Source: Kiritimatiellia bacterium (lineage in GTDB: Bacteria; Verrucomicrobiota; Kiritimatiellia; CAIVKH01). Taken from it: a stretch of 64,000 bases of DNA. Below are positions 10,479-20,309 of the stretch, piece by piece. Position numbers and translations under genes: made by a program. Each line of letters begins with the position of its first letter. Within the stretch, counting starts at the first letter, position 1. The notes beneath the pieces are model-generated. The model worked only from the letters and a program-made list of their open reading frames with translations. It made no database searches and had not been told where the DNA came from. The stretch covers positions 143,499-207,498 of the forward strand of contig JANWZO010000001.1 of the NCBI GenBank assembly GCA_025054615.1, written 5' to 3'.

Positions 10479-11392
10479 TCGTCGCGCAGCGAGCCTACCC
10501 ATTCGTAGACCGTCCTAATACCCTGCTCCACAAAGAAGTCTCGAATGCCTTGAATCACCTGAATCGCCGTGTCCGGGTTTACAAACGTCGCGGTGCCGAC
10601 GGCCACGGCGCGGGCGCCGACCATCATGAACTCGAGGGCATCCTGCGCCGTCACGATCCCCCCCATGCCAATCACGGGAATCCGTACGGCTTTGGCTGCG
10701 AGCCAGACCAATCGGAGCGCAATCGGCTTAATGGCCGGACCGGTCAAACCGCCGGTCTTGTTCGCGAGCTTGAAGCCGCGCGTCCGGATATCCACCGCCA
10801 TGCCGGGAAAGGAATTGATGAGGGAAATGGCGTCCGCGCCGCTCGCCTCTGCGCAACGCGCGAACTCCCCGATATCCGCCACATTCGGCGCCAGCTTGGG
10901 AATCAGCGGAAGTTTCGTCGCCGCGCGGATTGCCGTCACCACCCGTTCAAACATGAGAAGGTCGGTGCCGAACATGGCGCTTCCTTCCTTGATGTTCGGG
11001 CACGAGACATTGACCTCGAGTCCTGCAATGCCGGGAACGCGGTCGAGTCGCGCCGCCACTTCCGCATATTCCTCCACGGTTTTGCCCCAGATATTGACGA
11101 TGACCGGCACATCATAGCGGCGCAGAAAGGGCATATAATCCCGCACGAACCCTTCGACGCCAGGGCCGGGCAACCCAATCGCGTTCAACAGGCCGCTTGC
11201 GGTCTCGGCCGTGCGAGGCGTGGGATTTCCCTTGGTGGGATTGAGGCAAATTCCCTTTACGACAACCGCACCGAGCTCATTCAGATCCACGAGGTCGGCA
11301 TATTCCGGCCCATACCCGAAGGTGCCCGAGGCGGTCATGACCGGATTTCGCATACGGATGCCGGCGATTTCGACGGAAAGGTCCGGCATCAT
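10475..11392 (-). CDS. pyrD: Dihydroorotate dehydrogenase, family 1B catalytic subunit
   Basis: NPVMTASGTFGYG, EVNVSCPN, KLAPN and GGLTGPAIKP. ATGA overlap with pyrK. Confidence 0.95.
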   Translation of the reverse strand: MMPDLSVEIAGIRMRNPVMTASGTFGYGPEYADLVDLNELGAVVVKGICLNPTKGNPTPRTAETASGLLNAIGLPGPGVEGFVRDYMPFLRRYDVPVIVNIWGKTVEEYAEVAARLDRVPGIAGLEVNVSCPNIKEGSAMFGTDLLMFERVVTAIRAATKLPLIPKLAPNVADIGEFARCAEASGADAISLINSFPGMAVDIRTRGFKLANKTGGLTGPAIKPIALRLVWLAAKAVRIPVIGMGGIVTAQDALEFMMVGARAVAVGTATFVNPDTAIQVIQGIRDFFVEQGIRTVYEWVGSLRDE

Positions 11393-12177
11393 TCGACTTC
11401 CTCCCAGAGCACGTCGCGTACGTTGAAGACAGGGCCTTCTCGGCACGCCCTCGCCCAGCTCCAGCCGTTGTCTCCGCGAACTTTTAGCACGCAAGTAAGG
11501 CAAGCGCCGACGCCGCAGCCCATATTGTTGTCCACAGAAGTCCACGCCTCCCAACCTCTCTCGAGCGCTCGCTGGGCAACCGCTTTGAGCATGCCGCCGG
11601 GCCCACAGGCGAACAGTTCAGGCCGGACCTGACGACCCGAGGCGACCCACCAGTCGTCCAGCGCATCGGTGACAATCCCTTTCCGCCCCAGGCTGCCGTC
11701 CTCCGTGGTAATTTGAACCGACCAGCCCTGCGCCTCAAATTCCCCAACGCACAAGATGTCTTTCGCGCTCCGTCCCCCGAAAAACGCAATACCCTTTGTC
11801 GGCGCCGAGCGAGCGGTCATATACAAGGCTGCCATGCCGTAGCCGCCGGCGACAATGACGGGAAATCGGCCAGGGTCCGGGTCGGGAAACCCTCGGCCCA
11901 GCGGGCCGAGAATGCTGAGCGATTCGCCCGGCTTGAGGTACTGAAGCGTTCTCGTCCCCCTGCCGACGTCCTTGTATAGGATGGCAAGGCGCTCGCCCTC
12001 CGTCCAAAACACGCTGAAAGGCCTCCGCAGGAGGCATTCTTCCAGATGAGGCACCTTGACGTGGATGAATTGGCCCGGCCTGACACAGGGCGCGATGTCA
12101 GGTGCGAGCATGACCAGCAAATAATACCCTCCTTGGATGGGGATGTGCTGATGGACGGTCGCCAATTCAATTTGCAT
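11389..12177 (-). CDS. pyrK: Dihydroorotate dehydrogenase electron-transfer subunit
   Basis: LLRRPFS, GPLGRGF, AGGYG, and the 2Fe-2S motif MGCGVGACLTC...C.EGPVF. Confidence 0.95.
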   Translation of the reverse strand: MQIELATVHQHIPIQGGYYLLVMLAPDIAPCVRPGQFIHVKVPHLEECLLRRPFSVFWTEGERLAILYKDVGRGTRTLQYLKPGESLSILGPLGRGFPDPDPGRFPVIVAGGYGMAALYMTARSAPTKGIAFFGGRSAKDILCVGEFEAQGWSVQITTEDGSLGRKGIVTDALDDWWVASGRQVRPELFACGPGGMLKAVAQRALERGWEAWTSVDNNMGCGVGACLTCVLKVRGDNGWSWARACREGPVFNVRDVLWEEVE

Positions 12178-12332
12178 AGATCGCCATATATACATTCGAT
12201 TCGAGGCCGGTTCCACTTGGAACCGATGCTGCCAGGCGCGAATTCCGATTCTGGGAACACCCTCACGATGCTTAGCGGTGTTTCGCGGCATGCGGGCCCG
12301 CAGCCATGGCGCATAACGCCTTGGAGCGAAGC

Positions 12333-15300
12333 TCAGGGAGCTGGCGCTGAGGGCTTTTCCTCAGCCGCTCGAACTTCCCGGCTCGTCAAAAACGCCTGTC
12401 GTTCATCCAGCTCTGCGCGAACGCGGGCCGCGGCATTCGAGTTGCCCACGGCCAGATAGCTTTGTTCCAGCGCCTCCAAAAGCTCGTTGGCGACGCGCGG
12501 GGCTAATGAGCGGGTTCGCTCGAAGCTCTCGATCGCCAGATCGTGACGGCCAAGATCGGCGGCAATCCGGCCGCGGGTTGCCCATAAAATCGGCTCTTGG
12601 GGGGCAATCCGGCAGGCCTGCTCGGTTTTTTCTAGCGCCTCCTCCAGGCGGCCCAGTTCGCGAAGCGTCCACGCCCAATCATTGAAAATTTGCGGCGCCT
12701 TGCCGCGTTCCGCGGCTCTGGCGAAGGCATCGGCGGCCAACAGCCAGCGCGAACGCTTCGTCATGGCGATCGCAATCGCGTACCATCCGAGCGGATTTTC
12801 CGGGTCGATCGCGAGCAGGGAACGTGCCCGGGCTTCGATGTCCTCCGGTTCGCGAACCGGCAGCTCGACGCTGAGGAGCAGTTCCAACGGAAGCCTCGCG
12901 CCCGGCTGGACGGCATGGGCCCGTTCCAAATAACGCAGCGCGGCGGCCCGATCTCTGTTGTTCATGGCCGACTCGGCCAGGTAGAGCAAGCCGGGCACAT
13001 AAACGCTCGATGCCTGCTCGAGCACGGCCATCGCCGCGCGCCATTCCTCGAGGCGACGCCCCGATGCCAAGGCTAGCGCCCGCAATAGCGCCGCCTCAGG
13101 ATTGAGCGGATCTCGCTTGAGGACCTCTTCCGCACTCCGCGCCGCCTCCTCCCATTTTTGCTGCGCCAACATCAGCCGAGCGGCCTCGAGAGCCACGTCG
13201 TTCGTGGCCGCCCCGGACGCCTTGAACCGCTCGAGCGTGTGAGAGGCTTCGGCAAATCTGCCCTCGCGGGTTTGAATACGGAGCAACGCGCGCAGGTGAG
13301 GCAGCGATTGCGGATTCTCGGCCAACTGTTTTTCGAGTTCCTCTCTCACTCCCTCCACGTCCCCCATCGCGGCCGCGCGGAGCGTCTCGCTCAAGCGAGC
13401 GGCCGGTGAATCGGCGACAGTCGCCTGTTCACGGGCGAGCTCGAGCGCCCGACCCGGATATCCGAGCGCTGCCCATTCGGCGGATTCTAGGGCAGCGGCT
13501 TCCTTCAGAATGGTCCTACCGTATTGAGACCGAATCGCAACCATCATCGCGCCTTGAGGATAGCCCGCCATGCCGCGCCGGATTGCCTCGATGTCCTCTT
13601 CGGGGACCGATTCGCCCGCAAGCCGACGCAGCTCAGTGAGGTTGATCCGTGCGGCGAGATGGTCGGGCTGAAGCGAGAGCGCCCACTCAAAAGCTTCCTT
13701 TGCCGCGTTGGTTTCGCCGGCGGCAAACAAATCGACGCCAATTTCGTTGCTCCATCTCGCCCCCGCGCTCACGGTCCAAGCCCGAATTCGCGCCAACCCC
13801 ATGGACAAGGGACCCTTCAACGGGGGGAGATCCGTATCTCGTTGAATGCCCTCCAGCGCGCGCTTCAATTCGTCCGCGTCCGGGCCGGGTTCCCGAACAA
13901 TACGGGCATACAACCCTTCCCGGCGAATTCGACTGGGGCTGTTCAAGGGCGGCGGATAAATGGTCAACAAGACCGGCGGGCGTCCAGCGGACTCCTCCCG
14001 GGAGATCCAATCGCGGAGCATGGTGTCGGCGCCGACGGCAAGGACCCACTCCGGGTCGGCGAAATCATGGCGGGCCTGCAGAAAACGCAGATAGGCCGGG
14101 CTCGTAAGGGCTCCGGCATTCAACAACCGGACGTCGCGCCGGCCGTCGCGGGCTGCGATACGAATCGCATCGTCGAATGCGCCGTCTGAAACGATCCAAC
14201 CGCCTTCGGTCGCTGATTCGAGCACGCGGTCCGTCAGAGCGGCAAACGCCACCGCGTTCGCCCGAACTGAGCGCGGCGCGTTTTGCCATCCCGCGTATAA
14301 GATGGCTGCAACGGCCAGCACGACCGGCGCCAAAGCGACGGGGCGGATTTGCGCTGGCGGAGAACCTAGGGATCTTCGACGCTGAGGGTAACCGAGCCAG
14401 ATAAAAGCGATGCCCATCAAACGGCCAAACCAGAGTGCGGCAGCGGCGTAGGGTGTCAACAGCGCCATCTCGGTCTGCGCGACGCGATTGGGTGCGCCGG
14501 GAAGCTCAAAGAGGATCACCAGAGCAAGACCCGGCAGGACCGCGAATCGTAGCAGGGACAATCCGATTTCGCTCGCTTGGTCGCTTTTGACCTGGATGCC
14601 CCGGCTAAATACGGCCGGCAGCGGCAGAAGGGCGAGCAGGAAAATAACGAGCCAGCCCTGTCGTGGAATTGCACGCGGTCCGGCGGCCATGTATTCAGCT
14701 CGGAACAACGTGAACACGTCCTGAAACGACTTGACCTCCCGCCACGCCGCCACGTCGCTCCAATAATAAAGCGCCAACGCGGCCAGAAGCACGAAAACCC
14801 CCGCCAGCGAGCAGGCCACGGACGCCGTCACTGTGCGGACATTCAATTGCCGGCGCACAGCCAGAACCACAAAGGCAAATGCGGCAAAAAGCGGCGCCGC
14901 AATAGCGATTGTCGCTGACTCGATGGCTCCCACCGACAGGAGCGCCGCGCAGAGATAAAGCGCGCCTAGTTGGTTATGCAGGTAGTATCGCTGAAAGGCC
15001 CACCAGGCCGCCAACAACAGCGGGAGGGCCAAGGCGTCTGGTTGCGGCATTAGGTAGAACGCCTGAGCCGACGACGATGCGCATAAAAACAGGGCCGCCA
15101 AAACAGCCGCCACGGCCCGCGCCGCGGAGTCGTCCTTCATACCTCTCGACGAATCCTCCAGCAGTTCCCGATACGGCAGGTCCATCAGGATCCTCGCCAG
15201 TAAGTAGACGGACACCGCAGCGCACAGAACCTGCAGAGCCACCGCGGCTAGAGAGATGGGTAGAAATGTAAGGACCGTTGAGGCCTGGATCAGAGCGCCC

Positions 15301-15452
15301 CATAGCGGTGTGCTCAGCAACCGAAAGGGGTCAAGGCCCGCATAGCCGGCCAATGCTGATGAGGAAAATCCTGGGACTGGCCGCGTAAGGATGTGAAAAG
15401 AAAAAGCGATCAGCGCGAGAACGCACAAAATCAGAGGGGTTCGCCGGATCAT
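12333..15452 (-). CDS. Polytopic membrane protein with C-terminal TPR repeats (DUF2723/TMEM260-like architecture)
   Basis: About 10-11 hydrophobic segments in the first ~400 aa, then a soluble domain and many TPR-like helices (e.g. AKEAFEWALSLQPDHLAARINL). The family assignment is inferred. Confidence 0.7.
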   Translation of the reverse strand: MIRRTPLILCVLALIAFSFHILTRPVPGFSSSALAGYAGLDPFRLLSTPLWGALIQASTVLTFLPISLAAVALQVLCAAVSVYLLARILMDLPYRELLEDSSRGMKDDSAARAVAAVLAALFLCASSSAQAFYLMPQPDALALPLLLAAWWAFQRYYLHNQLGALYLCAALLSVGAIESATIAIAAPLFAAFAFVVLAVRRQLNVRTVTASVACSLAGVFVLLAALALYYWSDVAAWREVKSFQDVFTLFRAEYMAAGPRAIPRQGWLVIFLLALLPLPAVFSRGIQVKSDQASEIGLSLLRFAVLPGLALVILFELPGAPNRVAQTEMALLTPYAAAALWFGRLMGIAFIWLGYPQRRRSLGSPPAQIRPVALAPVVLAVAAILYAGWQNAPRSVRANAVAFAALTDRVLESATEGGWIVSDGAFDDAIRIAARDGRRDVRLLNAGALTSPAYLRFLQARHDFADPEWVLAVGADTMLRDWISREESAGRPPVLLTIYPPPLNSPSRIRREGLYARIVREPGPDADELKRALEGIQRDTDLPPLKGPLSMGLARIRAWTVSAGARWSNEIGVDLFAAGETNAAKEAFEWALSLQPDHLAARINLTELRRLAGESVPEEDIEAIRRGMAGYPQGAMMVAIRSQYGRTILKEAAALESAEWAALGYPGRALELAREQATVADSPAARLSETLRAAAMGDVEGVREELEKQLAENPQSLPHLRALLRIQTREGRFAEASHTLERFKASGAATNDVALEAARLMLAQQKWEEAARSAEEVLKRDPLNPEAALLRALALASGRRLEEWRAAMAVLEQASSVYVPGLLYLAESAMNNRDRAAALRYLERAHAVQPGARLPLELLLSVELPVREPEDIEARARSLLAIDPENPLGWYAIAIAMTKRSRWLLAADAFARAAERGKAPQIFNDWAWTLRELGRLEEALEKTEQACRIAPQEPILWATRGRIAADLGRHDLAIESFERTRSLAPRVANELLEALEQSYLAVGNSNAAARVRAELDERQAFLTSREVRAAEEKPSAPAP

Positions 15453-15467
15453 AACCGTCAAAGATAC

Positions 15468-15503
15468 AAAAAAAGCCCTGCATCTGTCGACGGGGCTTTT
15501 TTT
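15468..15503. terminator. Rho-independent terminator (A/T tracts on both sides) downstream of the PEP-CTERM gene
   Basis: aaaaaaagccctg-catctgtcga-cggggcttttttt hairpin. Confidence 0.85.
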
Positions 15504-15520
15504 GATTAAGATCAACCGAA

Positions 15521-16348
15521 TTATTTGCGGCGAATCGTCCGAACAACAACCCCAAGAACGCCCAAAGCCGCCAATGCCACGGTCGATGGCTCTGGAACAA
15601 TCGACATCGAATTAATGAAGAAAATGAATTCAGCTCCCAGATCGATGCCGTATATTTGAGCCACGAATGCGCGGGCTCCTGCGCTGATTGTACCGCTCCA
15701 ATTCGTTGTAGCGCCGTCCCGGCGCGTCAGACTTGCCGTGTAATCGTAACCCGTGGAACCAATCGTGATTTTGAGGTTGAGACCTTCCGTCCCATGACCA
15801 ATACCCAGTCCTAGTCCGGAGTTGGAGGCGTCGGTGACGCGATATTGCGAATCGCCGCCGTTGAAATAGACGGTCAGGACCGGATTAGTCGCTCCGTCCA
15901 ACAGTGCGACAGAGGCTTGAAAACGTGGATAAAGGACACCTGTATCAAAATCTACCGAGAAGGTCTGACCAGGCTCGAGTTCAGGGTTCGTTCCCGTAAA
16001 GGGTCGAATGGCTATTGCATCAGATATATCGCCCCACATTCCCCAGGAAACTGGGCGATTGGAAGGATCCTGTGTATCAATATCATTGTCGCCCGCAACG
16101 CCTCCTGTCCATCCGTCATCCGTCAAATCACCATTCGTCACCGAGGTCCACATGAAATGACCTGCAATCATCCCGAATGTTGACAACTGCCAAGGTCCGA
16201 ATCCTGTCCCGCCGTTCGAACCATTCGTCCACGTCAATGAGAAGTAAGCAGGATCACCAGCGTGGTCCGAGGCCAAATTCGCGGCGCTAGCTGTCAGGCC
16301 CATTGCTAAAGTGCAGGAAAGTACTGCTATGCGAATCACATGTTTCAT
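15521..16348 (-). CDS. PEP-CTERM sorting-signal protein
   Basis: Signal peptide. C-terminal VPEPSTVALAALGVLGVVVRTIRRK (PEP + TM + basic tail). GGGGAAGGA RBS upstream. Confidence 0.95.
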   Translation of the reverse strand: MKHVIRIAVLSCTLAMGLTASAANLASDHAGDPAYFSLTWTNGSNGGTGFGPWQLSTFGMIAGHFMWTSVTNGDLTDDGWTGGVAGDNDIDTQDPSNRPVSWGMWGDISDAIAIRPFTGTNPELEPGQTFSVDFDTGVLYPRFQASVALLDGATNPVLTVYFNGGDSQYRVTDASNSGLGLGIGHGTEGLNLKITIGSTGYDYTASLTRRDGATTNWSGTISAGARAFVAQIYGIDLGAEFIFFINSMSIVPEPSTVALAALGVLGVVVRTIRRK

Positions 16349-16403
16349 TGTTTTAGATCCTTCCCCTACTTATCATGAATGAGCCTATCCAATGATGCTC
16401 TAC

Positions 16404-16419
16404 AAACAAACGTTTGTTT
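16404..16419. promoter_or_regulatory. Perfect 16-bp palindrome, putative transcription-factor operator
   Basis: AAACAAACGTTTGTTT in the AT-rich divergent intergenic region. Confidence 0.5.
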
Positions 16420-16582
16420 CGTAAAGAGGGATTTTTTTGACAATTTTTGTGGATAGAACAAAAGAAGCCCGTCAGCCTGCACACCACGAGAGAGGCGACG
16501 AGTACCCCGAGGAGCCATACCGCGAAAAAAGCCTTGGAGGCAAAGATTCGTGGGTTATGCTTCCGGGCCAGAAATTTTCCCC

Positions 16583-17662
16583 ATGGCAGTTGCGGTCATT
16601 ACCGGTTCTTCCGGACTTATTGGCTCCGAAAGCGTACTCGCCTTTGCGAGGCGGGGACTGGACGTGGTCGGCATCGAAAATGACATGCGTCGCTACTTTT
16701 TCGGTCCGGAAGCCTCCACCCGCCGCGTATCCGAACGGCTGAAGGCCGAATGCCCTTCGTTTCGCGAGGAAAATGTGGACATTCGCGATGAAGCGGCTAT
16801 CGAACAAATCTTTGCCCGATACGGGCGATCGATTGCTGTGGTCGTCCACACGGCAGCGCAGCCGTCGCACGATTGGGCGGCACGAGAGCCCAAGACCGAC
16901 TTTGGCGTTAACGCCGTAGGCACGTTGAATTTGCTGGAAGCGGCACGGCGATATTGCCCCGACGCGGTCTTTATTTTCACGTCCACCAACAAGGTGTATG
17001 GCGATGCGCCGAATCGGCTCCCCCTCGTGGAAAAAGAGACCCGATGGGAAGTGGAGGCATCGCACCCCTACCATGCCCACGGCATTGACGAATCGATGTC
17101 GATCGACCAGTGCCTGCACTCCTTGTTCGGCGCGTCAAAAGTCGCAGCGGATATTCTTGTTCAGGAGTATGGCCGGTATTTCGGGATGAAGACCTGCGTG
17201 TTCCGCGGCGGTTGCCTGACCGGTCCGCGCCACGCCGGAGCCGAATTGCACGGATTTCTCGCATACATGATGAAATGCGCGGTGACCGGGCGCACGTACC
17301 GCATCTACGGATACCGCGGCAAGCAGGTGCGAGATAACATCCACAGCGCGGATTTAATCGCCGCATTCTTGCGCGTCTTCGAGCAACCGCGCGCGGGCGA
17401 GGTTTACAACATCGGCGGCGGGCGGGCGAGCCATTGTTCGATGATGGAGGCTATCGCGCTGTGCGAACAGATTGCGGGCCGGCCGATGAACACGGTTTAC
17501 GTGGAATCAAACCGCATCGGCGACCATATTTGGTACGTGAGTGACCTCCGCAAATTTCAATCGCACTACCCGGGATGGCGGATCGAGCGCGATGTGCCGA
17601 GCATTTTGAGGGAGATTTACGAGGAGAACCACGAGGCTTGGCTTTCAGAGGCTCAGCCGTAA
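16583..17662 (+). CDS. NAD-dependent nucleotide-sugar epimerase/dehydratase (CDP-paratose 2-epimerase-like extended SDR)
   Basis: ITGSSGLIG Rossmann motif, [23 protein letters not shown]. The YxxxK position reads FGASK. Confidence 0.88.
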   Translation: MAVAVITGSSGLIGSESVLAFARRGLDVVGIENDMRRYFFGPEASTRRVSERLKAECPSFREENVDIRDEAAIEQIFARYGRSIAVVVHTAAQPSHDWAAREPKTDFGVNAVGTLNLLEAARRYCPDAVFIFTSTNKVYGDAPNRLPLVEKETRWEVEASHPYHAHGIDESMSIDQCLHSLFGASKVAADILVQEYGRYFGMKTCVFRGGCLTGPRHAGAELHGFLAYMMKCAVTGRTYRIYGYRGKQVRDNIHSADLIAAFLRVFEQPRAGEVYNIGGGRASHCSMMEAIALCEQIAGRPMNTVYVESNRIGDHIWYVSDLRKFQSHYPGWRIERDVPSILREIYEENHEAWLSEAQP

Positions 17663-18456
17663 CGCTCTTCCGCCGGCGTTGCGTGTGGGAACGGTTCCGG
17701 GCACCAAAGGCCGGTTGCTTGAGCGGCGACCAACACCGCGTAGGCCGGATTCAGCAGAACATAACGACGCCAGAGCCTCCGCGGATTCTGCGCCAGCCGA
17801 TGAAGCCACTGAAGGCCGGCCCGTTGCATCCATTCAGGGGCTTCCCGTGCGAAGCCGGCGTGGAATTCGAACGCGGCGCCCACGGCGATCATCGGCAGTT
17901 TCACCAGCCGCCGCATCTCATAGACGAACACTTCCTGTCGGGGGCAGCCCAGGCCGACAAAAACGATTCGGGCTCCGGAATCGCGGATGGTTTCCGCGAG
18001 CCGGTCCCGCTCGTCGGGCGTGAGCCTGCGAAACGCCGACGGTTTCGCTCCGACCACCAACAATCCCTTGAATCGGTCCGCCAAATTCTCGGTCAGCCGG
18101 GCCAGCACATCCGCGCGGCTGCCGAACAAGAAGATGGGAAGGGACTCGCGCGCAGCGGCTGCACAGACCTCGAGCATGAGCCGGGGCCCGTACACGCGAT
18201 CTCGAAGATGAGCCCGGTGCAGCCAGTTCAAGGCCCAGCGTACAGGCTGACCGTCGGGAGTGACGATGTCCAACTCATTGAGTCGGCGGCGGTGGGCGGG
18301 GTCCATCGCACCCGTCATCACGCCGTGCACAGCCAGGGCCGTGACTCCGAGCGGTTCGCGGGCTTGGGCAGCGGCGAGAATCCGGCGGACGGCCGACTCG
18401 TAGTCGATCACGTCCACCAGTACGCCGAGTACGTTTCGTTTTCCCGTGTCGATCAT
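17653..18456 (-). CDS. WecB/TagA/CpsF (GT26) glycosyltransferase
   Basis: [50 protein letters not shown]. Confidence 0.93.
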   Translation of the reverse strand: MIDTGKRNVLGVLVDVIDYESAVRRILAAAQAREPLGVTALAVHGVMTGAMDPAHRRRLNELDIVTPDGQPVRWALNWLHRAHLRDRVYGPRLMLEVCAAAARESLPIFLFGSRADVLARLTENLADRFKGLLVVGAKPSAFRRLTPDERDRLAETIRDSGARIVFVGLGCPRQEVFVYEMRRLVKLPMIAVGAAFEFHAGFAREAPEWMQRAGLQWLHRLAQNPRRLWRRYVLLNPAYAVLVAAQATGLWCPEPFPHATPAEERYG

Positions 18457-18525
18457 CCGCCAATTGATTTTGTGTTTTTTGTCACCCGCTGTGATAAAAG
18501 GAGGTTGTTTGTCTAATCAATTCTG

Positions 18526-19515
18526 ATGATGAAGTCAGTTCGGCAAACCGGTTTCATGACGCTAGGCCTGCTGGCAGCGGGGACGGTCTTCGTGCTGGCG
18601 TGGGGCATTTTTTTCCATTTCCGCGGCGTCACGGATGTCGGCTACATCGTGTCGAAGCCGAATCCTTCCATTTTTTACTGGCTGTATGACCGGTGGTGGC
18701 TAAATGATTTTGTCGTCACTTCGTACGCGATCAACTTTCTGGCGCCGATCTTGGCGGCCTTTCTGGCTTGGCGGCGGCGTACCGCGCTCCGCGACGCGCC
18801 TCGCCGAATCGGGTGGGCGGGGCTGGTTTTGTTTACGGCGCTGCTTGCGCTCCATGTATTGGGCGCGAGGGCGCAGCAGACGAGAATCAGCATCCTCGCG
18901 ATGGTCTGGCTGCCGTGGGCGGCGGCCTTTTTCGCCTGGGGTCCGGCGGTGGCTCGTTTGTTGGCGTATCCTTTCCTGATGGCATCCTGGATCATGCCCG
19001 TCAATTTTTTTGATGCCGCGATGAATCCGTTGCGCGTCGCGGCCGCACACGCGGCGGCCGGCCTTGCGGCGGGAATCGGCTTTCCCGCAACGGCAGTGGG
19101 ATCCGCCATCGTCGAGTCCGAATCGCAATTGTGGGTGATCAACCTCTCCGACTCGACGAGCGGCATTTACGCGCTGTCCGCTCTGGCGATGTTCACCATG
19201 TTGGCGGCGGATTATGTGAAGCCATTGCGTCGCGCCGTTTGGACGGTCGTGTTGACGCCGGTATTCTTTTGGCTCGCCAACACGGGACGCGGGTTTTTGG
19301 CTGTCTTCGTGGCCGAGGTATTCGGCCCAAACGCCGCGAACACGTTGAATGTCCACTACCCGGCCGTGGGGCTCATCGGCTTCTATGTTGCGGCCCAGGC
19401 CGCGTGGCTTCGTTTGAGCGGTCTCGACTGGGGATCGGTCAGGCGCCGGTTTTTGGAACCGCATGAGGCTAGAACAAGGGGACCATGGCGGCCGTCTTCG
19501 GGAGACACGCTGTGA
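18526..19515 (+). CDS. Exosortase (EpsH)-family membrane protein, catalytic Cys replaced by Thr
   Basis: About 8 TM segments. SDSTSGIYAL aligns to the family motif xxxCSGxxxL. ANTGR (Arg motif) and a candidate His are present. Adjacent to EpsI. Confidence 0.8.
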   Translation: MMKSVRQTGFMTLGLLAAGTVFVLAWGIFFHFRGVTDVGYIVSKPNPSIFYWLYDRWWLNDFVVTSYAINFLAPILAAFLAWRRRTALRDAPRRIGWAGLVLFTALLALHVLGARAQQTRISILAMVWLPWAAAFFAWGPAVARLLAYPFLMASWIMPVNFFDAAMNPLRVAAAHAAAGLAAGIGFPATAVGSAIVESESQLWVINLSDSTSGIYALSALAMFTMLAADYVKPLRRAVWTVVLTPVFFWLANTGRGFLAVFVAEVFGPNAANTLNVHYPAVGLIGFYVAAQAAWLRLSGLDWGSVRRRFLEPHEARTRGPWRPSSGDTL

Positions 19516-20309
19516 AGCCGTCCGCGGCGTTGTGGATTTGCACCGCAATTCTGGCGGCACTCTTTGCGGCGCAGCCGCACCTGACCAAGGTCACATTCAT
19601 TGACGAGCCGCCCGTTCCGACGTCCCTTCCGGAACAGGTGGGCGCATGGCAGGGCCGACGACTGGTCAATTGCCAGGCGCAGGATCACGATGAGCCCCTT
19701 TTCGAGGATGAGGTGGGTCCGGAAGGCCGCTGCCCCATCTGCGGAGGCGTGGTCGGCCCGATGACTTCGACCGAAAGATATTTGCTTCCGCCCGATACTC
19801 GGATTGACAAGAGAATCTACCGACGCCGACGGGATGCCGCAGCAGATGCCATCAGCGCGGCGATCGTATTCAGCGGAATTCACCGGGCCAGCATTCATCG
19901 TCCAGAAGTTTGTCTGGTGGGCGATGGCTCTACTGCTGAAATCATACGGACCGAAACGCGGCGAATCCCCTTGGCGAAGGGGCAGGCGCTTGGCGTCTCG
20001 CTCCTGACGGTGCGCCAATTCGGCACTGGGCCTGATGGAAAACCTGTGAACCGCCTGAGCTATTTTGCGTATTGGTTTATCGGCCGCGGACGGGAAACCC
20101 CGTCCCATGTTGAGCGATTGGTCTGGATGGGGCTCGAGCGGATTCGCGGCCGCGCTTATCCATGGGCCTACGTTTCCATATCAGCCGCGCTCCGATCGGA
20201 AGGGGACTCGGCAGCCCTTCGGCGGCTCGACGAGTTCGCGCGGGCGCTGCATGGGGCGCTCCACGCCTTGTCCAGCCCGGGGCCGGTAGAATCCGCATCA
20301 GTTCCGTGA
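19512..20309 (+). CDS. epsI: Exosortase-associated EpsI family protein
   Basis: LPEQVGAWQG, IHRPEVCL.G.G, AYWF and WAYVSIS motifs. GTG start overlaps the exosortase stop. Confidence 0.85.
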   Translation: MKPSAALWICTAILAALFAAQPHLTKVTFIDEPPVPTSLPEQVGAWQGRRLVNCQAQDHDEPLFEDEVGPEGRCPICGGVVGPMTSTERYLLPPDTRIDKRIYRRRRDAAADAISAAIVFSGIHRASIHRPEVCLVGDGSTAEIIRTETRRIPLAKGQALGVSLLTVRQFGTGPDGKPVNRLSYFAYWFIGRGRETPSHVERLVWMGLERIRGRAYPWAYVSISAALRSEGDSAALRRLDEFARALHGALHALSSPGPVESASVP

